A stretch of 64,000 nucleotides of DNA from Lama guanicoe. Lineage: Eukaryota. The notes beneath the pieces were generated by a model that saw nothing but the letters and a program-made list of their open reading frames with translations, made no database searches and had not been told where the DNA came from. The stretch spans positions 18,432,819 through 18,496,818 of the forward strand of contig MU054323.1 in NCBI GenBank assembly GCA_013239625.1. Direction: 5' to 3'. Each line of letters starts with the position of its first letter. The stretch's first letter is position 1. The position numbers and the translations under genes were made by a program. Of the stretch, positions 11,446 to 24,010 are shown piece by piece.

Positions 11446-12669
11446 CAGCATGTGTTGGCAATAATATCTTTACAGCAATTACAAGTACAAGACTGCTGGG
11501 ATGAAAGTTCTCCTTTTCTTCCAGATGTAGAGTTGGAACAGATTCAACTCACCGTCATGACCAGCTTTGGATGCCATGAGCCCAGGCGGCATGTTTATAG
11601 TGCAGGCCAAGGGCTATGAGGACCAAACAGGCGTGGGTCAACTCCATGGGATGTGGCAGCAAAGGGCAGGACATAACTGAGGAATGAGGACACAAAGTAC
11701 AAGGTAAAGAAGGCCAAGGGGAAGAGTTAAGACCTGAGTGCAGTGTGAGAGGCCAAATAGGAGAGAAAGAGCAGTGGGTGAGATGAGGTCAGTGGCCAGG
11801 GATGCAGGCCAAGCAGCCAGGGATATGCAGTATCTGGGCCTGTAGCAGCAGTCCTGACTTCAGGCCTGGGCTCCAGAGTTCCCTGGCACTGAACCACAGA
11901 ATGTTTGCACTGGAGGACAACTTAGAGCTATCTTCTACAAGCTATCATTTAAAAAATGGACAGCCTGAATCCCAGAGAGACTAAGAGACCTCCCAAGCTC
12001 ACAAACCTTAAAGATTACCTCCTCGGTCCCTTCGCTCTCAGCAGGATACATTCTGTGCACAGCTCACTGCCACAGTCCCAAGAGTTGGATTTAGTCATAA
12101 ACTGGCATCAAAATACAGCTTCGCAGGCATCTACAGCCACACACCTTCACGCTATCCAAGAGCCAGCCGGAGGTCTTAAGATATTTTTTACATTAGCTTA
12201 AAAGAAAAATTTGGTGTCTTTTGACCTCACCCTTATTAGTTAATTGTCTAAACATGTGAGGTTCCTTTATATTTTAAATAAATTTCATACATTAGCATCA
12301 ATCTGTCAGTTCAGAAGCTGAAAGAAATGAATAAGTTTCCCTAAGAGGTCAGCCAGTGGAAAAGGTCTAATTCTGTTCTGTGATTAGAGCAGTGATGCCC
12401 ATAATATGCACATAAACACCACGTTAGGACCAGTAAAGGGTGCTCAGTGTCCACAGGCACTGTAAAATTCAGTCCAAAAGGCATGCCACCAAAAGCACTT
12501 CATCATTTAAAACCCAGAATTATAGCTTTTTAATCAATTTCTGCTGGAATCGTGATATAGAGAAAAATCTTCATTCCTTCAGAAAAATTAAAAGGAAATT
12601 AGAGAGAAACGGACCTTAGCAGCTTTGAAATTGGTTTAAATTATTTTTGGTCCATTCACAGAATGAGAC

Positions 12670-13010
12670 AAGTTGAAGGTATCAAGATGGTGGTATAGAT
12701 GTATGCTTCTTAACACGAATGGAGAGTCTGATAACTTGTGGTTGAGAGAAAAGAAGGTTATAGAACAATATTTCCAGTGTGAACTCTGTATCACATGCAC
12801 GCACGTGCACAAGCACACACACACATACAGAAATCATCTGGAAGGACATCCACAAAATATTGAGACTTACATCCCGACATAGTGGAATTATGAGAAGATG
12901 TTAAGTTTTTGTTTTGTCTCGTTTTTGTCCTCTTACCTTTGTCTTCTATTTTTCTCAAGAAATGAACACAAATTACTGATATAATTAAAAATGTTAAAAA
13001 TAGACTTTGC
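12670..13010 (+). mobile_element. Ancient L1 (L1ME-like) 3'UTR fragment
   Basis: GTTGAGAGAAAAGAAGGTTATAGAAC...ACACACATACAGAAATCATCTGGAAGGACATCCACAAAATATTGA...GTGGAATTATG. Confidence 0.55.
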
Positions 13011-13904
13011 TTTGAATATTGTGATTGCAAAACAGGTTCATTGTTATTTGTTCCCACAAAAATATCTTTTAGAATCTATAACAAAAATAAAACCAAGGTG
13101 CCTTTACCATCTTCAGAAACTCAGAAAGGACTTGACTCTTCTGCATCAAATGTAAATCAATACAAAGGGAAGCTTGTGAAAGGAAACAAAGGCACGGGGT
13201 CCTGACCTATCTCCTCTCTTCCGCCGTTACGTCTATGCCCTTCTGTCTCAAAGAGGTACAGCTCCTTTTCACTCCTTTTGATTTCTTACGTCAGGCTCTT
13301 CTGTCTAGGCTAAGTACAGAATTCATGGTTTAGGATTCATCTTCAAGCTGTAGGCTTTCTACTTGACATCTAAAACATGCAAGTCACCCCTGCCTTGTTG
13401 CAAAGTTTATGGGAGCATCCTTTAAAGGGCACATGTGCTGAGTTTGTTTCTACCTACCCTTGTCTCATAGGGAAGTATTAATAGGGTACTTTGAATCACT
13501 CCATTTGCTTATTCATGAGGTTGAAAGCTACAAGAACAAATCGTGTCTGCGTTACAACGGCTCAAACTACCAGGGTCGTCATCATGAGCAACAGTGACAG
13601 GCACTATTTTCACCATGGACAGAGGAAGTGCCTCCCTCTGTCTCCTGGAAATTTCACAAGTATTTTCAAGAATGGACTTCTAATTCCAAAACCAATGGAC
13701 CACATTCATTAAAAAAAAAAAAAAGATAGTACTGCATACCAAGCTTATCCCATAAACAGAATCAAAAGCTCTTACTTTGAGATTTGGAATCGTGGCTTGT
13801 TGGATGTAATGTTAGACTTTACCACCTATAACAAATGTAGGTTAGTTTTACATCTTACAATTTTCCACAGTTTATTCTCATATTCTCAAGGTCTGTTGCT
13901 CCAG

Positions 13905-16010
13905 TTTTTTAATAGCTTTACTGAGGTATCATTAACATACAATCAAATGAACATATTTAAAGTGCTCAGTTTCACAAATCTGATTAGTTTTGGAATACGT
14001 ATCTGTGAAACTATTGCCACAATCAAGATAATAAACAATCCATCACTCCCCAAAGTCTCCTCGTATGCCGATTTTGTTCCCTTCCCAGGCAACCACTGAT
14101 CTCCCTGTCACTATAGATTATTTTGAATTTCCAATAATTTTACAAAAACGGAATGATCCATTATGTACTTTTTTGGTGGGGGTGAGTCTGGCTCCCTGTA
14201 TTCAACATAATTACTTGGAGAGTCAGCCATGTTGTTGCACATAAAAATTGTTCATTTTTATTCCTGAACAGTATTGTAGGGTTTGGCTATGCCACAATTT
14301 GTTTATTCATTCACTTGTTAATAGATACCTGGGTTGGTTCTGGATGTACAAGTCTTCGTATAGATATATGCTTTCTTTTCTCTTGGGTAAATACCAAGGA
14401 GTAGAATGGTTGGATATGTTAAGTGTATGATTAGCTTCTTAAGAAACTGTCTCCTAACTGATTATACCATTTTGTACTTGAGCTAGCATATAGGGGAGTT
14501 CCAGACCCTCTCTGAAGTTCTCACAAATACGTGCTATGGTCTTTTTAACTGGAGCCGTTCTATTTGGTACACAGTGATTTTTCAGTGTGGTTATAATTTG
14601 CATTTTGTTAGTGACTAGTGATGTTGGGTATATCTTTTCATGGGTTTGTTATCTGTATATTTTCTGTAGTGAAATGTCTGTTCAAAACTTCCGTCAATTT
14701 TTATGGCACATTTTCCGAACTGCTGTATTTTGAGCATTCTTTCTACATTGTGGATAGAAGTCTTCTGTTAGATAAAATGTTTGCCAATATTTTCTTTCAA
14801 TTTGGCTTGTCCTTTCATTCACTGAAAGGTGTCTTTAGAAGAATAGAAGGTTTACGTTTGATCAGTGTTTTTCTTTCATAGATCATGTTTTTGGTGAGGT
14901 ACTTTAGAAATCTTTGCCTCACCTAAGGTTTCAAAGATTTTCTTCCCTAGTACAGGCCAAAATTTATTTTTCCCTTTGCATATAGGTATCCAATATTTCC
15001 GGCAACATGTGTTCCTTGCTGAATTGCCTTTGCATTTTTGTTTTTAAAAAAGTTGTTCATATATGTGTGGATCTGCCTCTATACTCTTCATTTTGTTTGA
15101 CTGATCTTTTGATTCTATCACACTATCTTAACCACTGCCACTAAAAAATAAGTCTCAAAATCAGGTAGCATCACCCCTCCAAGTTTGTTCTTCTTTTTCA
15201 AAGTTGTTTTAACTATTCTAGGTCTTTTGCATTCCATATGACAACTTGACAGTTTCTACATACAAAAAAATCCCTACTGGGATTTTCGTAGGGATTATGT
15301 TGAATCTCTAGATCAATTTGGAAAGAATTGGAATCGTTAAAATGTTGAGTCTTCATGAAAGGTGCATCTCTTCATTTATTTTGGTTTTCTTTACTTTTTC
15401 GGAGCAAGATTTTATACTTTTCAGTACACAGGTCTTGCCCATCTTTTGTCACATTTAACCACAAGCATTTTATATTTTTTATGGTACTGGTTTCCTTGTG
15501 TCAATTTGCATTTATTGCTAGTATACAGAAATATAATTAATTTTTGCATATTGATCTTGCACCCTGCAAACTTTAAAAGTTTACTAGTTTTAGGAGTTTC
15601 ACTTTTGTAGATTTGATCAGATTTTCAATATAGACAATCATGTTATCTGTGAATACGGATTTTTCCTTCTGCCTTTCCAAGCTGGATGTCTTTCTTTTCC
15701 TTCCTTTATTGCACTGGCTAGAATTTCTAGGATAACATTAAATAAAATCAGTGATATCAGAAATTCTTGCCTTGTTCCTGATCTTACAGAAAAAGCATTC
15801 AGTCTTTCACTGTTAAGTGTGATGTTATTTTAAGTTTCTCACGTGTGTCCTTGATTAAAGGATTAAAGAACTTCTATTCCTAGTTTTTCTGAGAGCTTTA
15901 TTAGGAGTGGATGTTGGATTTAGTCCTTGCTTTTTCCGCATCTATTAAGATAATCACATATTTTTTCCTTTTTGAGTTGGTTAATATGATGCTCATCAGC
16001 TTAATAATAT
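13905..16010 (-). mobile_element. Old L1 (L1MC/MD-like), 3'UTR plus decayed ORF2 with internal deletions
   Basis: Begins TTTTTAATAGCTTTACTGAGGTATCATT; ORF 15901-16089(-) contains KKYVIILIDAEKA, matching the L1 RT motif KNHMIISIDAEKAFD. Confidence 0.9.
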
Positions 16011-17604
16011 GATTAACAAACACTTCATTATTGTTGCCACTGTTCAACTCCAAAACAAACCAATTTCTGAATAAGCAGAAGGTGTGCAACCAAGACTAGT
16101 AAGTGCACTAGTCTTAGACCAATGTAAATAGTATACCATAAAACTTCTGTATAGAAAAACGTTCATAGGTTTAAAAACGTAGTCAAAAGTTACATGGAAA
16201 AGACATCACCTGAAAGTCTTGCAAGATCTGAGTTCCTGTTGTCAAGACAACTTCTGTGGGTATGGACACTACTGTTATATTATTATTTGTAATTCCCATA
16301 CAGATAATAACAGCAATGTCCGTAATCCTCAATATAAACTAAAAGTTCCAAAACTACGTATATCTATTCAAATGTTCATTGATATTCAACTGTTTAATAA
16401 ATATAAAACACTTATTGATATCAGATTGTGCTTTTATAGAATTATAAAGGCCAAGAGTTTACCCAAGTGATCATTAATTCAGAAAAAGTTCCTTTTGATA
16501 AAACTACCAGCTGAACTGACATTTCCACAAACTGACTGGTTATTAGTGATGTCTAGGCCAAGGCTGATGGAGGGATTATGAGGATGTCACTGAAATACAC
16601 TGCAGTCAAGACTGTTAATAATGAAATCATTACAAGGGCCAAATAAAATGATTCTGAAATCAATATACAGTTATGGATTACCATGAAAAGGAGATGTAGC
16701 TCATTAAGTCACCTTATTCCACTCAATTCTCTAGAGGGAAAGTATGCTTTCCTTTTAATTTGACAAAGAATCTTTGGAACTTGAATATTTCCATATTCCA
16801 TTCCTAAACCATTTGTGAACTTCAATAAGTATAGTCAGTCTGAACGAAAATGCAGAGTCAAGGAAAAAGTGAATGTTCTGTAAACACTTTTATACACAAA
16901 TATAAAATAGATTTAGAAAACAAAAAAAAAAAACTAGACTACCTTGTCAGGAACATTAGAGAGGATAAACCTGGTTGATTTGGTCAGTATACTTTTCTAG
17001 GGACTGGATTATATTTTTCTCAGAATCTGTTCCCAGCATCTTCAAGTATATTTATGAATGAAGTACACTGGGTTGAGTAAGTTCACTTGAAATTCCAAGG
17101 TTACTGACTCTTGAGAGCCTGAAGGACTTCCATTTAACAGATGAGGTTTAAGAAGTTACCAGATTTGATTACTGACTTCTGATCCTACCCTCCCTCCTCC
17201 CAGTCATTATTTGGGTATTTGAACACAGTCTTAGGATGTATTGTAATAATGTATGGGTTTGTTGGTTTTCACACCCTAATTCAATGAAAAATCAGGGTAA
17301 TACTGTTTAAAGATAGTTCAGTGAAAAACTAGACATAAAGATAACCAATGTGCAAAAAGGTAACATAATTGGAGTGTGAAAAATGATGCTGTAATCCTGG
17401 TGACAACAACAAATTCTCAGAATACCATTTGTTGGCATTTTGGAAAGTCTTTCACAAAGTGCCAATGAGACTCTCCGTTAAATCGTTCCATCTGCTGCAC
17501 ACATAAGGCCTGTGTGTTAAGTCACATTCTGATGGATTGTTTGCACCTTAAAATAACCCTCGGTGATGTGCACTGATGCAAAGATGTGGCAATAGGAAAG
17601 AAGG

Positions 17605-17820
17605 GAATATATGCCAAGAGCTAGAAAAAGACAAGTAAATAAAGCAATTCCTATGCTTCAAGATCTCTTACTTTATTGTTCAGAGAGAGAGAGAGAGACA
17701 TAATCAGTTCAAGTGTGCGAGGTGAGAACTTTAAAGGGGGAGTCATGAGAAGGCTTCACTGAGAAGGTAGCATTGAAGGTGGACCTGGAAAAATGAAAAG
17801 GAGTTTGACAGACAGACAAT
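17605..17820 (-). mobile_element. L2 LINE 3' fragment with a (GA)n tract
   Basis: GAAGGCTTCACTGAGAAGGTAGCATTGAAGGTGGACCTGGAAAAATGAAAAGGAGTT. Confidence 0.6.
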
Positions 17821-18009
17821 TCAGAAGTCATTCATATTTGACTTTAAGATGTGCTTGTACTACCTGTGGATAACGGTGAATCTAAAGTTAGAATTTGAGC
17901 ATTAAAACATTAATGTGTAACAGCAGCTAAGCCAGACTGCCCGGTTCTTTAGGCATGTTCTTCTGCTAAATCAGTTGTATGCTTCTGGATATATTATTTA
18001 ATTTTCCTT

Positions 18010-18155
18010 TTTCTCAGTTTTCTCATCTGCAAAATGGGGATAATAATCGTCCCTAATTTAGAGTGCTGTTGGGAGGATTAAATGGCGTATACATGGCTTA
18101 GTACAGTGCCTGGTGCCTGGTAAGCACTCAACAAATGTTTACTATTATTACTATT
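18010..18155 (+). mobile_element. MIR SINE 3' half
   Basis: CTCAGTTTTCTCATCTGCAAAATGGGGATAATAAT...TAAGCACTCAACAAATGTTTACTATTATT. Confidence 0.85.
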
Positions 18156-18159
18156 ATTA

Positions 18160-18330
18160 TTAACATTATTCCCATCTTACAGATGATAAAATAGAACCAC
18201 AGTGTCCTCAGTTCCTTGTAAAATACAGTTGATAAAAGTATTCACTTTCAAGTGCTGTTATGGAATAAAGATTTGAACCTATGCAACTTGAGGCCAGAAC
18301 CTGTGGGCAGGACAGCCACACTCTAACACA
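18160..18330 (-). mobile_element. MIR SINE fragment inverted relative to its neighbour
   Basis: ATTATTCCCATCTTACAGATGATAAAATAGA...GATTTGAACCTATGCAACTTGAGGCCAGAACC. Confidence 0.6.
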
Positions 18331-18814
18331 TTCTCAGCACACCTGGCTGCCCCCATGTTGTGGAGACCTTGGCTCTGATGTGGTGTGCCTGAGAGCCAAC
18401 GAGCCCTGTGAATGTCAACCCAGCTTTGCCTCCCTCCACAGGCACTTTCCATATCAGCTCATTCAATTGTGAGCCATTTTTTAAATCCTTATTTATCACA
18501 TTCTAGGCTGCCCTGAATAGAATCATGTGATTTTATTATCATTTGAGCAGGTTTTGTGATGCTGTGCAGCGGAGAACAAGAAATGGAGTACCCAGGCCTC
18601 ACGCAACAGAGGCTTTTCCCCACCATCATATCCTCAGAGATCCTGCAGACAACTTCAAAGAGCTCCCTTACCTTAATAAGGGGTCCTCAGGAGCCAGTAA
18701 ATAGTCTGATTTAATAAAATTCTTTCTAGAGAAGGAATGGGAAGACAGAATCAAGTTCCTTCCCAATGTAGGAGCCTCTTCGAAAACAAGGCTCCAGAAT
18801 GCCCCAGTGGTCCT

Positions 18815-18902
18815 ATTAGACAAAGAGTGCAGAGCCCCAGTTCCTGATTCAGTAGCTCTGGGATGGGGTCTGGAATTTGCTTTTCTAACAAGTTCCCCTG
18901 AT
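18815..18902 (-). mobile_element. MER5A fragment
   Basis: AGTTCCTGATTCAGTAGCTCTGGGATGGGGTCTGGAATTTGCTTTTCTAACAAGTTCCC. Confidence 0.75.
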
Positions 18903-18917
18903 AAGAAGGTAATTCAC

Positions 18918-19088
18918 TGATCCACTAATCCCACTCCTGGGCATATATCTGGAGAAAATTCTAACTTGAAAAGATACGTGCACCCAATGTCCATAGCAGC
19001 ACTATTTACAATAGCCAAGACATGGAAGCAACCTAAATGTCCATCAACAGATGACTGGATAATGAAGATGTAGGGTGTGTGTGTGTGT

Positions 19089-19134
<46 letters not shown>

Positions 19135-19563
19135 ATTACTCAGCCATAAAAAAGAATGAGGTAACACCATTTACAGCAACATGGATGGATCTAGAGATTA
19201 TCATGCTGAGTCAAGTTAAGTAAGACATTAAAAGACAAATATTATAGGGTATCACTTATGTGTGGAATCTAAAAATACGATACAAATGAACTTATTTATA
19301 AACCAGAAAGAGACTCACAGACATAGAAAACAAATTTATGGTTACAAAGGGGAAAGCAGGGTAAGGATACATTAGAAGTTTGGGATTTTCAGATACAAAC
19401 TATTGTATATAAAATAAACAACAAGGTCCTACTGGATAGCACAGGGAACTATATTCAATAGTTTGCAATAACCTTTAGTGAAAAAGAATATATATCTGAG
19501 TCACTGTGCTGTACCCCAGAAACTAACACAACATTGTAAATCAATTACACTTTAATAAAAAAA
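18918..19563 (+). mobile_element. L1 3' end with an internal (GT)n
   Basis: Decayed DPLIPLLGIY...ALFTIAKTWKQPKCPSTDDWI, same 3'UTR as the 9126 copy; degenerate TSD AAGAAGGTAATTCAC / AATAAGTCAATTCAC. Confidence 0.93.
19075..19131. repeat. (GT)~28 microsatellite, one interruption
   Basis: Read directly from the sequence. Confidence 0.97.
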
Positions 19564-21180
19564 TAAGTCAATTCACAGGAGGAAGCTACTACAAAATGAA
19601 CACAGTAATAATATATTAGGCCAATGCCAATGCCCCTCCTGCAGATTTTGCCTGATAGAATTCTTATGCAACCCTCCTGATCTCTGCTCCTTCTCATGTC
19701 TTCCCTGAGCATATTTTCAAGTGGGAATCTTGTTTCACATGCAGGGGGCCCTACAGGGCTGCCAGACCCATTTTGAGTTTTCTCTTCATCTATTACTCAG
19801 TAGTAGTCCAGTATTTCAGGGTGGCCAATATCTAATTTCAGTCTCATCAGGATAAGAAAAATAACCAGGTTTCAGGGCCTTTTCTAGCCCCAAAACTCTC
19901 TCTCTCTCACCTGCCTGGTGTTGTCACTCTCTGACCTATTCATTCACTCACCCATTCATTCATTCATTCACTCATGGATGCTTGCTTCCACTCAAATTTA
20001 AACTCCACGAGGGCAGAAAATTTGTTTATTTTGTTCACTGGTGCAGTGAATGTTCCAAATTTTTCTTAAACTGATAATACTTATTTTAGTAGTATTAGTA
20101 ACATTGACCAGTAAATTCTCCCAGAGTTAAGTTTGTCATTTATTTAAAAGTTCAGCTTCTCTGAAGATACCTATGGCAGAGACAGGGCAAATTTCTCCCT
20201 GGCTCAAGCCGAGATTCCATTTTCTAGACTCTCTGCTCAATTTCTCTCTGATATTCACTCCAGGCTGGAGACAGACAGCATCCATCACTTCTCAGACTGA
20301 TAGAAGGCAGTTGTAATAAGATAAACTACCTACATCGTGTTATCATATTGGTTCTCTGATTCACATTTTTCTGAGTTAGGGGAAAATAGCTGTTTAGATT
20401 AAGGCTGGAGTAGAATTCTGACTCATGTCAACAAATCCCTGACAAACCAGACACTGACAGAAATTAAAAAACCGAAAGCAACTTTTTTTTAAGTGAAAAT
20501 CTACAACACTACACAACTATGGGTTAATTATGGGTTGACCCAATATCCTTTAAAACAAAAACACACATGGCTATCTGCCGACAACTAAAAATTGGAATAA
20601 TAATTATTAATTATTAATTAAATATTTGTTAAAAATGTTACTCTGCATTGTGTTTTTAAAAAAAAGGTAGAAACTGAAAAAATGAATCATGCTCAATGTG
20701 TAACTTGAATATAGAATTCTTCAAACCCTATTAAGTCTATCACTTATGTGATTCTTATCTGAGAACTATTTTTATTTGAAAATCATGGAAGCATGTAAAC
20801 AAGACAGTAAATTGTGATATTTCCTCAATTTAAAAAAAATTGTGTTTTATTTTCATTACATTGGAAAACTGACATTGGTATTGGCTTCATTCCTTGCCAT
20901 GATATCTGAAGTTCTTTGATATCACTGCTCTGGCTACTCAGTGTACCCTGACAGCACGGATTTCCTGGGGGTGCGGGTCAGGGCTGAAAAGAGCATGACA
21001 ACAAGGGACCAGAAGAGGGTTTGATAGGAAAGGAGGGGCTAAATATGTATCCATGGTAATGAGTGCTAGCACATGGAAAGCCTAATTATTTGCTTTTCTT
21101 TCCTTACATCTTAAGCCGGCTAAGTAAACTTGCTGGGGCCGGGCTAAGTTTAGAAGGAGGAATAATTCAAAATCATCAAC

Positions 21181-21503
21181 AAGTGATTTTCAAGTTCTTG
21201 TGTGCATCAGAATTTCTTGGAAAAATGGGCACAATCTGATTATCTGAGCCTCATCTCCAAACCATCTAATTAAAGACTCTCAAAGAGGGTATAGCTCAGT
21301 GGTAGAGTGCGTGCTTAGCATGCATGAGTTCCTGGGTTCAATCCCCAGTACACCCATTAAAATAAATAAAAACCTAATTACCCCCCCAAAAAAAAGATAA
21401 AAACAAAACAAACAAAAATACTCTCATGGAAAGGTCTGGGCATCTGTATTTTTGAAAACTCATTCCAGGTGATTCTGAAATCGGCACAATTTGAGAGCTG
21501 TTG
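21181..21503. mobile_element. MER5-family MITE split by a young SINE
   Basis: AGTGATTTTCAAG...TGCATCAGAAT on the left and GGGCATCTGTATTTTTGAAA...CCAGGTGATTCTGA...TTTGAGAGCTGTTG on the right of the SINE. Confidence 0.7.
21283..21415 (+). mobile_element. tRNA-Ala-derived camelid SINE
   Basis: Intact A box TAGCTCAGTGG, anticodon arm CGTGC-TTAGCAT-GCATG, B box GGTTCAATCCC; TSD AAAGACTCTCA (21272-21282) / AAATACTCTCA (21416-21426). Confidence 0.95.
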
Positions 21504-21519
21504 GCTTAGACTTCACACT

Positions 21520-21750
21520 TACTAGGCACCAAGGACTGCACTAAACCACTCCCAGGTACTATCTTAGCTAAATCAATCATCCTTACTAGCATTCCAAGAG
21601 GCAAGTATTATCATTATCATCCCCATTTTGCAGAGAAGGAAACCAAGACTTGGTAACGTTCCCGAGATCACATGACCCATGAGTGAAGAAGCTAGAATCA
21701 TCTGGCTCCAAATCTCCCACTCTTAACCACTATACAAACTGCCTCCAGCC
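21520..21750 (-). mobile_element. MIR SINE
   Basis: TATTATCATTATCATCCCCATTTTGCAGAGAAGGAAACCAAGACT...CTCTTAACCACTATAC. Confidence 0.8.
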
Positions 21751-21879
21751 CTACAGATATAATGCTCCATATAAGTGTAGATCATTGCTATCTGAGGGAA
21801 GCCTAAAGATACTTATGAGTCTGTCCAAAAATAATGCTAATAATTTTACCTACTGAGTGTAACCAACGAGGGGGGAAAT

Positions 21880-21905
21880 TATATATATATATATATATAT
21901 ATATA
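21880..21905. repeat. (TA)13 microsatellite
   Basis: Read directly from the sequence. Confidence 0.95.
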
Positions 21906-22828
21906 AATTCAGACATGAGCCTAACTGTTGTATCAAGTGCCTTCTGTGTTCAGCACTTGTGCAGGTTAGTTTTTTGGAAGCTGTTCTTTTTTCTCAACGT
22001 TTTATTGAAATGTTGGTGCCTGGGGTAAAGAATTCCTATGGATGTTATAGTCGTTAGACTCTATGAACAATGAATTGATGGATTTGTCACTGTTACAAAA
22101 ACACCTACTGGGAAGCTTTCAGGTTCCAGGACCCTGGATTTGGAAAGTAAGACATAAATACCCAGCTGAACAGGTAATACAGGTAGACACAGTGAGAAGG
22201 TTTTTTTTTCCTGGCATACTCCCGTTTCTAGGAGAGTATGACAATGGTTTTATTACCTAACAGAGAGAAATCAAAGTGACAAATAATGTTACAAGATGCA
22301 TGCAATTACAATGAGAATTTCCCCTTTCCTAAGTAGGACAACTAGCAGGTGCACTTGAAGCCTCCAGCAGGGATATTTGGGATAATTGTTCAACCCTGAC
22401 TCTATTTAATTTCGCCTTACTTCATTCTACTGGGAGGCAGCAGGATTAAGGGGCCCACTGGGCCTCACGCCATGTCATGAGGCTTTCTTCTTTTCTTTGG
22501 TTCTCTGCAGCATGGACCTTTCCAGTTGCTATTCAATTCATGCTCAGGGCTTCCTTTGTCACCTGGCTGAGCGCTTTGGCAGTATCAATCATCCTCTAGG
22601 CCATATGTTCTTTATAGGAGAGGTTCAACACCCGCTTCCTGAGCAAACAATTAAATGCACGCAAGAAGGCATGCCTCACTAAGCAGCCCTTCCCATGGTC
22701 CCACGTGGGAGGAGTTCTGCCTGCCGGAAAGCTCCCCACATGAGGCAGAAATCTCCTTCATTCAACCTTCCTCCACTAGCCATCATCCTGCCTTTCTGGA
22801 GCTCTAAACGATTCCTCCCATCGGTAAC

Positions 22829-23189
22829 TTTTTTTAAAAAATTGAAGTATAGTCAGTTACAATGTGTCAATTTCTAGTGTACAGCGTAATGTGCCAGTCA
22901 TACATATACATACATTCGTTTTCATACTCTTTTTTATTATAGGTTACTACAAGATATTTAATATGGTTCCCTGTGCTATACAGTAGAAACTTGTTTACTT
23001 TATATATACTAGTTAATATTTGCAAATCTTAAACTCCCAATTTATTCCTGCCTGCTTCCCTTCCCTCCCTAATCATAAGATTAGTTACTACCTCTGTGAG
23101 TCTGTTTCTGTTTTATAAACAAGTTCATTAGTGTCTTCTTCTTCTTTTTTTTTTTTAGATTCCACATGTGAGTAATATTATATGGTATT
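22829..23189 (-). mobile_element. L1 3'UTR, camelid-type
   Basis: T-tract then ATTGAAGTATAGTCAGTTACAATGTGTCAATTTC...GTTCCCTGTGCTATACAG...TAGATTCCACATGTGAGT. Confidence 0.92.
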
Positions 23190-23848
23190 AGGGGCAAAAT
23201 TTTTAATGTTTGAAAGAAGTTACGGTGGACTCCCAACTCCCAGTTCTTCTACACTCCCGTCAATTACTTCTTTATCATGCGACTTCTAGATAGTTCACAA
23301 TTTTGACCGTCCTCCTCTGGAGGGATTGCCCACATCCTTATTCAAAAGTGGCACAGAGAACTGAACACAGTATTCCTGATGAGAGCTCAACACGGCAGCT
23401 TCCCTTTAATCTTTCACTTTCTTCTCCTCAATACTCCTGCCCCTTCCCCAAATAGCATATTTTATCAGCACAGATTTCAAGAATTTATGAGGTATTTTAG
23501 GTGAGCAACGCCTTGCAGTTAACTAAAATGTCTTATTATTTCCTTCTATGCTGCACCTAAAAAACATGGGAAGAAAATGCTATTTTTTGAACACCCGCCA
23601 TATGCCACGTACCATGAGGTGCACTTAACATCCATGAAGACAAATGATGTAACAGAACAAACAAGTGGCATCTTAGGATCTAGGAATAACTCTGTTATTC
23701 ACCCTGAATACACTGAGGCTTGTGACTTTTGAGCAAATAGCAAGTATTCAATCAAGGTTTCCCTGGATAAGTGGATGATTTCTCCATCTACTATATGGGA
23801 ATTATGGTATCTCCCTTGTAAAGCTGTTGCAAGGAGTCAGAATATAGT

Positions 23849-24010
23849 GGGGGGGTGGTATAGCTCAGTGGTAGAACGCTTGCTTAGCATGCATGAGGTC
23901 CTGGATTCAATCCCCAGTACCTCCATTAAATAAATAAAGAAACAAACTTAACTACCTCCCTAAGAAAAATAATAAATAAAATTAAATTTAAAAAATAAAA
24001 ACACACAATA
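23849..24010 (+). mobile_element. tRNA-Ala-derived camelid SINE inserted in a MIR
   Basis: GGTATAGCTCAGTGGTAGAACGCTTGCTTAGCATGCATGAGGTCCTGGATTCAATCCCCAGTACCTCCA plus tail; degenerate TSD AAGGAGTCAGAATATAG / AAGGATACCGAATGTAG. Confidence 0.93.

Noticed and set aside
16092..16115. Hairpin AAGACTAGT-N6-ACTAGTCTT
   Set aside because: Arms of 9 bp are expected by chance at this scale and there is no supporting context.
21285..21356. Genuine tRNA-Ala(AGC) gene
   Set aside because: It has acceptor-stem mismatches, the shared SINE tail and a TSD, and lacks a T-run terminator; the same applies to the other six copies.
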